Assembly (NCBI GenBank): GCA_965248105.1
Contig: CBDFIK010000006.1
Location: forward strand, 1,859,761 to 1,923,760
DNA: 64,000 nt
Source of the DNA: Bryobacterales bacterium
Lineage (GTDB): Bacteria; Acidobacteriota; Terriglobia; Bryobacterales; UBA6623
Direction: 5' to 3'
Below, one piece after another: positions 29,192 through 37,957 of this stretch. The notes under the pieces are model-generated. The model had not been told where the DNA came from, did no database searches, and saw only the letters and a program-made list of their open reading frames with translations. Position numbers and translations under genes: made by a program. Position 1 is the stretch's first letter; each line of letters starts with the position of its first letter.

Positions 29192-30574
29192 TCAGTCTCC
29201 GCCCTTGGGCCGGATGTTCTGATTCACCCGGAACAGGTTCGTCGGGTCGTACTTGTTCTTGATAGCGACAAGCCGCTCGTAGTTGTCACCGTAGGTTGCC
29301 TGGACGCGTTCCTGTCCCTCGTCCATCATGAAGTTCACGTACGCCCCGCCGGCCGAGTAGGGATGCAGCGCATCCCAATAGTCTTTGGTCCACGAGATGA
29401 TGCGGTCGTTGTTGGCTGGGTCGGGGTCGACGCCGACGATCACCTCCGCCCAATTCGCATCACGATAGGCCCAAGCAGTCTCGTCGTTGCCGACCCTGTG
29501 GGCAGCTCCGTTGATCGGATACATGTGCATCGATGACTGCATGGTCGGCATCTCGGAACCGTACTTGACGTGGAGCGCAATCGCCTCATCGCTCAATTCG
29601 TTGACGAAGTCTGCCCGCCAGTACCACTGGTGGCCCGGCGGGTACAGTCCATCGAACATGCTCTGGAGCATAGGATATGGCATCGGCCCTACTAAATCGA
29701 GGGCAGGCGGCCCGAAACTCCGAATCGGCTTGAACACTTCTTCTGCTTGGTCGAGGGGGCCGGTGAAGCACCAAACGACTCCGCACATCTTTCTGTTGTG
29801 GAGATGTTCAGGGAACGGCGGGCCGGGCGGCACCGTCAAGAACGCAAAGAAGCCGTTGACATCTTCCGGCGCGCTGGGAGAAAACTCCCTGTACCACTGC
29901 ATCACTTCGGTTGCCTGCTCGAGATCCCAAAGCATGGGGCCGGCATAGACGGTGCTAATCGGGTGCGAGCGAAATAGGAAAGAGGTGACCACGCCGAAGT
30001 TGCCCCCGCCGCCGCGAATAGCCCAGTAGAGGTCTTCGTTTTCGTCGGCGCTGGCGGTCACGAAGCTCCCATCGGCGAGCACGAGATCAGCAGCCAGAAG
30101 GTTGTCGATGGTAAGACCGCACTTCCGCGTTAGATGGCCGATCCCGCCTCCCAGGGTGAGCCCGCCGACACCGGTCGTCGAAATAATACCGGTCGGTGTG
30201 GCCAACCCGAAAGCGTGTGTGGCATGGTCGACGTCGCCCCAGGTGCAACCGCCGCCGACCCGGACGGTCCTCGCCTCAGGGTTAACTCTGGTGTATTTGA
30301 TCCCCGAGAGATCGATGACCAGCCCGTCATCGCAGATCCCCAGGCCTGCGCCGTTGTGGCCGCCGCCCCGAACGGCGGTCAGCATATTGTTCTCCCGCCC
30401 GAAATTGACGGCGGCAATCACATCCGCCGCGTCCGCGCAACGCGCAATCAAGGCGGGTCGTCGATCGATCATCGCGTTGTAGACCTTCCGCGCGTCGTCA
30501 TAGCCCTCGTCGCCGGGCTGGATAATCTCGCCACGCAGGCGGTTCTTGAGCTCTTCTACGGTCATTTCAGCCAT
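29192..30574 (-). CDS. FAD-binding oxidoreductase (VAO/berberine-bridge-enzyme family)
   Basis: VRGGGHN covalent-FAD motif, GVGGLTLGGGIG, WAIRGGGGNFGVVT, C-terminal YVNF...YDPTNLF BBE domain; start placed at ATG 30574 after GGAGG. Confidence 0.92.
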   Translation of the reverse strand: MAEMTVEELKNRLRGEIIQPGDEGYDDARKVYNAMIDRRPALIARCADAADVIAAVNFGRENNMLTAVRGGGHNGAGLGICDDGLVIDLSGIKYTRVNPEARTVRVGGGCTWGDVDHATHAFGLATPTGIISTTGVGGLTLGGGIGHLTRKCGLTIDNLLAADLVLADGSFVTASADENEDLYWAIRGGGGNFGVVTSFLFRSHPISTVYAGPMLWDLEQATEVMQWYREFSPSAPEDVNGFFAFLTVPPGPPFPEHLHNRKMCGVVWCFTGPLDQAEEVFKPIRSFGPPALDLVGPMPYPMLQSMFDGLYPPGHQWYWRADFVNELSDEAIALHVKYGSEMPTMQSSMHMYPINGAAHRVGNDETAWAYRDANWAEVIVGVDPDPANNDRIISWTKDYWDALHPYSAGGAYVNFMMDEGQERVQATYGDNYERLVAIKNKYDPTNLFRVNQNIRPKGGD

Positions 30575-30850
30575 GCCTTCCTCCCAACATTGCTTGTTTA
30601 TCATACTTACACGACAAGGACAAAGCCGGCTAGTCGATAGCAACGACTGGAGTCTCTGGGGGCCATTCCAGCGGGACGCAGAATGTCACCCGGGAGACCT
30701 GTCATTTATTTTGATGACATACATCAAAGGCTCAGCCGGGAGTCCAAGTGAGAGTCGCCTCCGGAGAGACTACAATAGGGCGATTGGTCATGCGGAGTTC
30801 GAATTACGTGTCAGCCGGGGAAGAGGACTTTCATGCCGGGAGGTGACTTG

Positions 30851-31753
30851 ATGAGTTGGCGATTTGAACTTGTGGACGGTCCCTACGGCGGAGTTACCGA
30901 GGGCCCGGCGTGGGACGGCAACGGATTACTCTTCACCCACATCCCGAGCAGCCGCGTTATGAGGTTCGATCCTCGGTCGGGATCGTCACAGGTCTACCGC
31001 GAGGGAACGAACTGCGCCAACGGCCTGATGTTCGACCCTGAAGGGCGTCTCTACGCTTGCGAAGGAGATGCCAGGCGCGTCGTTCGTTATGAAGCCGCAG
31101 GCAAGGCGACTGTGCTGGCTGATAGGTTCGAGGATAAGCGTTTCAACATTCCCAACGACTTGGCGGTTGACCCGCAAGGCCGTGTCTGGTTCACCGACCC
31201 GTTTTATGAAGGGGCTGCCGGCCCCTGGAGCGAAGATTTCAGCCATAAGGAACTCGACCACGACTCAGTGTACCGCCTAGATCCGCGAAGCGATGGGAAG
31301 TGGCCGATCGAGCGCGTCACCTTCGACACAACACGGCCGAATGGAATCCTGTTTTCACTCGACTACAAGACTCTGTACGTCGCTCAATCGGGGCGGCGGC
31401 CCGACGAAAAGCGCCAGCTTAGGGCCTACCCCGTGAAGGAAGACGCGACCTTAGGCGAGACATCGGTGCTGCATGATTTTGGCGAGAACCGGGGCGTCGA
31501 CGGAATGTGCCTCGACACGAGCGGCAACATCGTCGCGACCGCGGGCTGGGAACACGGGGCCCCCGGACCGATGATCTACGTCTTCTCGCCGCGGGGCGAA
31601 GTGTTAGAGACGCACCCCGTTGATGCCCAACGGCCCACGAACTGTACATTTGCCGGGGAGGACCTAAGTACCCTTTACGTCACCAGTACGGAGGGGCATC
31701 TGTTTCGCGCGCGCACGGATCGCCAAGGACGGCTGTGGTATCCGCCGTTGTAG
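30851..31753 (+). CDS. SMP-30/gluconolactonase/LRE family protein
   Basis: EGPAWDG, ANGL, IPNDL, FTDP, PNGI, GVDGM, PTNCTF beta-propeller motifs. Confidence 0.9.
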   Translation: MSWRFELVDGPYGGVTEGPAWDGNGLLFTHIPSSRVMRFDPRSGSSQVYREGTNCANGLMFDPEGRLYACEGDARRVVRYEAAGKATVLADRFEDKRFNIPNDLAVDPQGRVWFTDPFYEGAAGPWSEDFSHKELDHDSVYRLDPRSDGKWPIERVTFDTTRPNGILFSLDYKTLYVAQSGRRPDEKRQLRAYPVKEDATLGETSVLHDFGENRGVDGMCLDTSGNIVATAGWEHGAPGPMIYVFSPRGEVLETHPVDAQRPTNCTFAGEDLSTLYVTSTEGHLFRARTDRQGRLWYPPL

Positions 31754-31828
31754 CGCCGGGTCTCGAGGTGCCGGGCAGCTCGTGGGTCCGCTCCACAATA
31801 TGGAATCCTCCGAGGAAAGGAAATTTAC

Positions 31829-32464
31829 ATGAACTCAGACAAGAAGCCAGGCATTACACCAACCCCAAACGGTCCCTATTTGGTGAAAGATCTCAAGAAT
31901 TTCGCCAATCAAAAGGGGCCGATAGAAACCAAGGAGACGATGGCCCTCTGTCGATGCGGAGGGTCGGCTAACGAGCCGTTTTGCGATGGGACACACGCAA
32001 AAATTGGATTCTCATCCGCCAAACTTGAAGGACGCGTCGAAGATAAGAGGGAGAACTACCAGGGTAAGAAAATCACGATTCACGACAACCGGGGCATTTG
32101 CGCTCACGCTGGCCGTTGCACCGATGGCCTCCCTTCGGTTTTCCGTTTGAAAGAAGAGCCGTGGATTGATCCGGACGCTACGAGTGCTGATGAGATCATC
32201 GCGACGATTCAAAAGTGCCCGTCAGGAGCTCTGAGTTACTCGGTCGATGATGTCGAACACCGCGACCGGGACGGTGAGCCGACCATCTTTGTCGCGCCAA
32301 ACGGTCCCTATGTTGTGTCCGGCGGACCGGACCTCTTGGATACCACACGCCTTGGAGGTACATCCAAAGAACATTTCACCATGTGCCGTTGCGGCGGCTC
32401 CAAGAACAAACCCTTTTGTGATGGCACGCATTGGCACATAAAATTCGAAGATGACAAGAACTAA
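31829..32464 (+). CDS. CDGSH iron-sulfur protein with central divergent 4Fe-4S domain
   Basis: Two CRCGGS.N.PFCDGTH motifs flanking ICAHAGRC...CPSGAL. Confidence 0.9.
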   Translation: MNSDKKPGITPTPNGPYLVKDLKNFANQKGPIETKETMALCRCGGSANEPFCDGTHAKIGFSSAKLEGRVEDKRENYQGKKITIHDNRGICAHAGRCTDGLPSVFRLKEEPWIDPDATSADEIIATIQKCPSGALSYSVDDVEHRDRDGEPTIFVAPNGPYVVSGGPDLLDTTRLGGTSKEHFTMCRCGGSKNKPFCDGTHWHIKFEDDKN

Positions 32465-32603
32465 AAGATCTCTCTAGTACAAACAATTCATAAATACTCA
32501 AATTGATTAGAGGCTGCTGAAAAACTCATTCGTTGCGGCACCAACCTCCCGGCTGATGAGCGGGATACGATTTCACGTCGGCAAGAAATGGGGGCTAAGT
32601 AAC

Positions 32604-32667
32604 CCATTTCATAAGTACACTCACGTTTCGGGCGAGTGCAGGCGGGCACACCATGCTGTGCCCCTAC
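32604..32667 (+). repeat. REP family C composite copy
   Basis: 32604-32663 matches 33817-33876 at 58/60 nt; palindrome followed by CTAC. Confidence 0.85.
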
Positions 32668-32697
32668 CGCACGGGCCGGAGCCAGTGTTGCTCGAGG

Positions 32698-33252
32698 CTA
32701 TTGCGGCAACCGCTGGAGATAGTGGCCCGTGGTCGAGGTCAGGTCCGCTTCAGCTCTTGGCACCCCGTAGTTATGGACCGCCACCGTCCCCAGACCAGCC
32801 GTCATGGCGCTATTGGCAATCGTGAACGTCCTGTAATAGTCAGCGTCGCGGTTCTTCCTTGCCATCCACCACTGGACAGCAAAAAAGCCTCCCCCTACGG
32901 CTGATTTGATCAGCGCGGCCTTGCGGGCGCTGAACCTGCCCTGGCTATCACTCAGAAGCGGGTTCAACTCCCGCTTTCCGGCCGAGGAGTGAGCATCTAG
33001 GAAATTCACAGCCGCGAAGGCGATCCAGGAGGCGATCCACGCCTTCTTCCATCGTTTTTGCTTCCGTGGGTTGGCGGTCGCGCGCGGAGATATATACCTC
33101 GGGTTTGAAGAGGTGTAGAGCGGCTCACTTTCCAGCCCGAAGGTCTCCGCCAGAGGTTCTTCGGCCTGTAACGACGTAATGTTCGAAAAAACGGCAAAGA
33201 GGACTACGAAGCTGCCTGCAACAGACCAAATATGACGATGCAATATTCCCAT
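32698..33252 (-). CDS. Hypothetical exported/membrane protein
   Basis: Signal-peptide-like N-terminus and internal hydrophobic segments; no family motif recognised. Confidence 0.55.
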   Translation of the reverse strand: MGILHRHIWSVAGSFVVLFAVFSNITSLQAEEPLAETFGLESEPLYTSSNPRYISPRATANPRKQKRWKKAWIASWIAFAAVNFLDAHSSAGKRELNPLLSDSQGRFSARKAALIKSAVGGGFFAVQWWMARKNRDADYYRTFTIANSAMTAGLGTVAVHNYGVPRAEADLTSTTGHYLQRLPQ

Positions 33253-33816
33253 TCCTGCTCCTTGTTTCCGCGGCCCCTAGGCCTATCTGTCTCAGCTTGA
33301 AGCAAGAGGTAAGGAAAACACATGACACGGAAGGTACATTTTCTTAGCCGGCTCGGAAACCAAGGTATTAGTACGACGATCTGGCGGGGTGTTAGTGTGC
33401 GGCTGTGCCCGCTCAATCGCCGTGTGCGCGGGGCCCGGACGAGGCCCTACCACGTCATGGGGAGGGGGCGGCCAGGGTTCGGCCTGGAAGGTCGCGATAC
33501 TCGGAACGGCGCGGGCGTATGTTGTAGCAGCACAATAGTGTTTACTCGTTTCGCTGGAACTCAACACGTCAGAACGCGCTCTGAAGGGGGCGGTCCAAGA
33601 CTCTCAGAGATGACCATCCGCGCCTGGCTGTCTCGACCGAAGAGCCTGAGGATGATGAGGCGGCAGTCGTCTCGCTCGTGGGAGGCTTTGGCTTCGACTA
33701 TCAGGCGTCGTGCGGGACTTGCGCGGTGGACACTGACTACCGTGTGAAGCCTGTCGTGCTTTTCTTCGAGTAGCGAATACCCCCGCCATTTCGTCGGAGC
33801 GACCAGACGTGGTACT

Positions 33817-33905
33817 CCATTTCATAAATACACTCACGTTTCGGGCGAGTGCAGGCGGGCACAGCATGCTGTGCCCGAAGTTCCCGATCGTCCGCCTGGC
33901 TTCTA
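33817..33905 (+). repeat. REP family C composite copy
   Basis: Contains the perfect palindrome GGGCACAGCATGCTGTGCCC; left part matches 32604-32663, right part is the reverse complement of 54379-54427. Confidence 0.85.
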
Positions 33906-33950
33906 ACTAACCCAGGGCTCCGCCCTTGATATTCCAGAGCGTCGAGCACT

Positions 33951-34009
33951 GAGCCGCGAGTGTGAGCGAGCGGTCCAGAGATGACGCCGCTCAGCACGGA
34001 TGAATCCGC
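33951..34009 (+). repeat. REP-like family A composite copy
   Basis: Matches 24726-24750 and, inverted, 16843-16888. Confidence 0.75.
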
Positions 34010-34315
34010 GTGTACCTCAACGCCGCCGGGCCTGGATTCGCTCTGTCGCTCCCCTGCCTTGATTTCTTCATGACGTCGCCCAGCAATCGGCTGGGAGCCG
34101 GAGATCCCGATCGGCATCCGAGAATCCGCGGGGCCCGCGGAGTTTTGCAACCTAAACATCGCCGCGACCTGGCGGTCTGCCGCCTGCGCCGAATTCCGCT
34201 CGGTAGGTGTCGCCGGGAACGAAAGCTGCGCGGTAAACCTTTGTCGCCGGGGACTAAAGCTGCTCGGCAAAAGGACGATCAGTTTAGCAGGCTGGAGCGG
34301 TGCCCGAATAAGCGC

Positions 34316-37093
34316 ATGGACGAGACGCAGGAAATCATTAAAGAATTCTTGATCGAAAGCAATGAGAATCTGACTCAGCTCGATCAAGAATTCGTCGAGC
34401 TTGAGCAACGACCCAACGACCAGACCCTTCTGTCAAGCATTTTCCGCACGATCCACACCATCAAGGGAACTTGCGGTTTTCTGGGATTCGGGATCCTCGA
34501 GGCGATCACCCATCGTGCCGAAAACATGCTCAGCCAGTTGCGCGAGGGCCAGCGCCGGCTGACCCCGGGACTGACGACGCTGCTGCTGGAAACGGTGGAT
34601 ATTGTCAAGAATATCTTGGCGGAGATCGAGACGAGCGGCGCCGAGGGCTCGGAGACCTACGACGAGCTATGTAACAGACTGCAAGCTGCCTGCGACGGAC
34701 AGGACCCCGAGGAACCTGCGGTCAGGGAAGCGTCCCTCGGGAATCGGAGCGAAGATCAGGTCGATCCCAGCGAGCCGACGAGGGATGCCGCCGGGCAAAC
34801 TCCAGCGGCTGAACCCTTCCAGGGCGAGCCGCAGCCGGAGCCAACCTCTCAAGACGCGGGAGAATCGGCCGAGCCGGTAACCACAGCGGCGGAATCCACT
34901 GCGGGCGAAGCCCCGACTGAAGCGAGCCAACTCGACGAAGCGGCCCCCCCCAAGGAATCTGTGGCCGGCGCCCGTAAGGCCCCGGCTGAGACCCGCAGTT
35001 CGGTCGCCGACTCGACGATCCGTGTTCCCGTCGGTGTTCTGGACAAATTGATGAACTTGGTGGGCGAGCTGGTGCTGGCCCGCAATCAAGTTCTGCAGCA
35101 CACCACCACGCAAGAAGACGCCGGCCTCACGGCCACCTCACAGCGGCTGAACTTGATCACGACCGAGCTGCAGGCGAACGTCATGAAAACCCGCATGCAG
35201 CCCATCGGGGTCGTCTGGAACAAGTTTCCCCGCGTCGTGCGCGACCTGGGGCACGCCGCGGGCAAGCAGATTGACCTCGAAATGGAAGGTGCCGAGACCG
35301 AACTTGACAAGACAATCATCGAGGCCATCAAAGACCCGCTGACCCACATCGTTCGCAACTCCTGTGATCACGGCATCGAGACGCCGGAACAGCGCGCCGC
35401 CAAGGGCAAGCAGGCACGCGGCAGGCTGACCATGCGCGCCTATCACGAGGGCGGACAGGTGAACATCGAAATTGCCGACGACGGTGCCGGCATCAATCCC
35501 CAAAAACTGAAACAAAAGGCCGTTCAAAAGGGGCTTGTCCCGGTCGATCAGGCCGAGCGCATGAGCGAGCGCGAGATGCACAATCTCATCTTCCTCCCTG
35601 GCCTGTCGACGGCGCAGAAAGTGACCAACGTCTCCGGACGCGGCGTCGGCATGGACGTGGTCAAGACCAACGTTGAAAAGATCGGCGGCTCGATCGATCT
35701 ACAGAGCGCAGCGGACAAAGGGACGACGATCAAAATCAAGATTCCGCTAACTCTGGCGATCATTCCAGCCTTGGTCGTGAGCTGTGCCGAGGAGCGCTTT
35801 GCGATTCCTCAAGTCAATCTGGTCGAGCTGGTCAGGCTGGAGGGGGGCGCAAACAGCCAGCAGATCGAGTGGATTCACGGTGCTCCGGTCTATCGGCTGC
35901 GGGGCAAGCTCTTACCCCTCGTGTACCTCAGCAAGGTTCTGGAGTTGGACGGGGCGGGGCTTGACGAAAAGGATCCCGAAAGGACCGAAGAACCCGTCAA
36001 CATCATCGTGTTGCAAGCGGATGACAAAACTTTCGGACTCGTCGTCGATGGCGTTAACGACACGGCGGAGATTGTCGTCAAGCCGCTCAGCAAACTACTC
36101 AAGGGCCTGAACTGCTACGCGGGGGCAACCATTATGGGCGACGGCAGGGTCGCCCTGATTCTCGACGTGATGGGTCTTGGCCAACTGGCGCACGTCGTCA
36201 GTCAGACGCGTGAGCAGACCCACGTGGCGCGCGAACACCAGGCCGACCTTGTCGCCGAACGACAAACCGTCCTGCTGTTCCGTAGCGGGTCGGCCGAGCG
36301 GCTGGCGGTGCCTCTGGCATTGGTCGATCGGTTGGAGGAGTTTCCGCACTCGCAGATCGAACAGTCTGGGGGCCGACGAGTTACCCAGTACCGGAATCAG
36401 ATCCTACCGCTGATCCCTTTGGCGGAACTGCTCAGCCTGGGGGACTCGGCGGCGGAAACGCAGGACCCCGTTCAGGCGGTCGTCTTCAGCGAAGGCGCGC
36501 GGCGGATGGGAGTCGTCGTCGATGAGATCGTCGACATTGTCGAGGAAAACATCTCCATTCGCAGTCGGACCAGCCGGCAAGGCATTCTTGGGTCGGCGGT
36601 GGTAAGCGGCAACGTGACGGATTTTATCGACCTTCACTATCTGATCGAGGCCGCTGACAAGAACTGGTTTGGCGGCAGCCAAGACGAACGGGCCGAGGGA
36701 GCGAGGGTATTGGTGGCCGAAGGGTCCTCGTTCTCACGCGGGCTGATGCGGAATTCCCTCGAGATGGCCGGCTTTCGAGTGATCGAGGCGGGCACCACCG
36801 CCGAAGTCCTCGACAAGCTCAAACAGCAAAGCGTCGATGTGATGGTTTCGAGCCTCGACTTGCCGGGCGACGGCCCCTCCGATCTTCTGGCCAGCATTCG
36901 TGTGGCGCCGGATTTGTGCGGCTTGCCGATCCTCGGCCTAGCCAATACCGCCGAAGAAACCCACCCACCGCCGGGCGCGGAGTATCAATTCGACGATTGC
37001 CAGTTGAAGTTTGATCGGGACTCGATGCTGCGCTCGGTGGAAAAGCTCGCCGCGGTCGTGACCAACCGGCAGCCCGTCGAACAAAGAGGCTAG
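34316..37093 (+). CDS. cheA: Chemotaxis histidine kinase (Hpt, dimerisation, HATPase, 2x CheW, C-terminal receiver-like domain)
   Basis: IFRTIHTIKG, LMNLVGELVLARNQ, HIVRNSCDHGIE, DDGAGI, SGRGVGMDVV, GTTIKIKIPLTLAI; start placed at ATG 34316. Confidence 0.95.
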   Translation: MDETQEIIKEFLIESNENLTQLDQEFVELEQRPNDQTLLSSIFRTIHTIKGTCGFLGFGILEAITHRAENMLSQLREGQRRLTPGLTTLLLETVDIVKNILAEIETSGAEGSETYDELCNRLQAACDGQDPEEPAVREASLGNRSEDQVDPSEPTRDAAGQTPAAEPFQGEPQPEPTSQDAGESAEPVTTAAESTAGEAPTEASQLDEAAPPKESVAGARKAPAETRSSVADSTIRVPVGVLDKLMNLVGELVLARNQVLQHTTTQEDAGLTATSQRLNLITTELQANVMKTRMQPIGVVWNKFPRVVRDLGHAAGKQIDLEMEGAETELDKTIIEAIKDPLTHIVRNSCDHGIETPEQRAAKGKQARGRLTMRAYHEGGQVNIEIADDGAGINPQKLKQKAVQKGLVPVDQAERMSEREMHNLIFLPGLSTAQKVTNVSGRGVGMDVVKTNVEKIGGSIDLQSAADKGTTIKIKIPLTLAIIPALVVSCAEERFAIPQVNLVELVRLEGGANSQQIEWIHGAPVYRLRGKLLPLVYLSKVLELDGAGLDEKDPERTEEPVNIIVLQADDKTFGLVVDGVNDTAEIVVKPLSKLLKGLNCYAGATIMGDGRVALILDVMGLGQLAHVVSQTREQTHVAREHQADLVAERQTVLLFRSGSAERLAVPLALVDRLEEFPHSQIEQSGGRRVTQYRNQILPLIPLAELLSLGDSAAETQDPVQAVVFSEGARRMGVVVDEIVDIVEENISIRSRTSRQGILGSAVVSGNVTDFIDLHYLIEAADKNWFGGSQDERAEGARVLVAEGSSFSRGLMRNSLEMAGFRVIEAGTTAEVLDKLKQQSVDVMVSSLDLPGDGPSDLLASIRVAPDLCGLPILGLANTAEETHPPPGAEYQFDDCQLKFDRDSMLRSVEKLAAVVTNRQPVEQRG

Positions 37094-37099
37094 AGAACG

Positions 37100-37573
37100 A
37101 TGAGCGATGCTCCGGGGTCAAGAAGCGAATTAGGCGATGGAAAGACGCGGCAGTACGCTACGTTTTTCGTCAGCGATCTGTTCTTCGGCGTAGAAGTGCT
37201 CAACGTCCAAGAAGTGCTGCGTTATCAGGAGATGACTCGAGTTCCCCGCGCCGACAATGTCATCGAGGGGCTGATCAATCTGCGGGGCCAGATCGTGACG
37301 GCATTCGACATGCGCAGCCGTTTACAACTCGGCGAGCGGCAGACAGGTGAGACACCGATGAACGTCGTCGTGCGCACCGAGGACGGCGCGGTGAGTTTAC
37401 TGGTGGACGAGATCGGCGACGTCATCGAGGTCAGTGAAGAGAACTTCGAGCGTCCTCCGGAGACGATTACCGAGCTAGCCCGAGAGACCCTCGAGGGGGT
37501 CTACAAGCTGGACGATCGCCTGTTGCTGGTGCTTTCGACGGATCGAGTGCTGCAGCTGAATTCGAGGAACTGA
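37100..37573 (+). CDS. cheW: Chemotaxis coupling protein
   Basis: FFGVEVLNVQEV, GLINLRGQIV, SLLVDEIGDV. Confidence 0.93.
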   Translation: MSDAPGSRSELGDGKTRQYATFFVSDLFFGVEVLNVQEVLRYQEMTRVPRADNVIEGLINLRGQIVTAFDMRSRLQLGERQTGETPMNVVVRTEDGAVSLLVDEIGDVIEVSEENFERPPETITELARETLEGVYKLDDRLLLVLSTDRVLQLNSRN

Positions 37574-37957
37574 GCGCCGCCTGCGGGGTTGTTGGACGGT
37601 CGTCTAGGCCGCTATCAGCAAGCTCGGCGATGCTGCCGGGTGGCGCAAGACCTCAGGAGAAGACACGATCGCCCCCGAGTGGGCGCCGGCAAGATCGGCC
37701 GCTGGTAAGACAGGCGGGGCCAGAGTAGGCCGGACGCACAACTTAACAGAAAGCCGGCCAGTCCAGGGTCCCCGGCGCGCCAGAATCGAGAACACGGCAG
37801 AATCGTACCGGCAATTTCAAACCGAGATCAGCAGATGGCAAAGAGACGCAGTTCGACGGTCGGTCTAGCTACTCCCACGGCAGGGAAAGCTTCTCGCCCC
37901 AGAAACGGCGGCGCAACAAAACTTTTGAAGAGTTCAAAACCAAGGAGGGAAACAACC

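Noticed and set aside
32510-32530. GAGGCTGCTGAAAAACTCATT, resembling an IS terminal repeat
   Set aside because: No partner inverted repeat or transposase found nearby; too short to support.
34010-34315. 102-aa N-terminal extension of CheA in the ORF track
   Set aside because: Begins in repeat-containing intergenic DNA and is Arg-rich; the Hpt domain starts at MDETQEII (34316).
33322-34408. ORFs 33322-33747, 33604-33867 and 33737-34408
   Set aside because: They run through REP elements or antisense to cheA and show no recognisable motifs.
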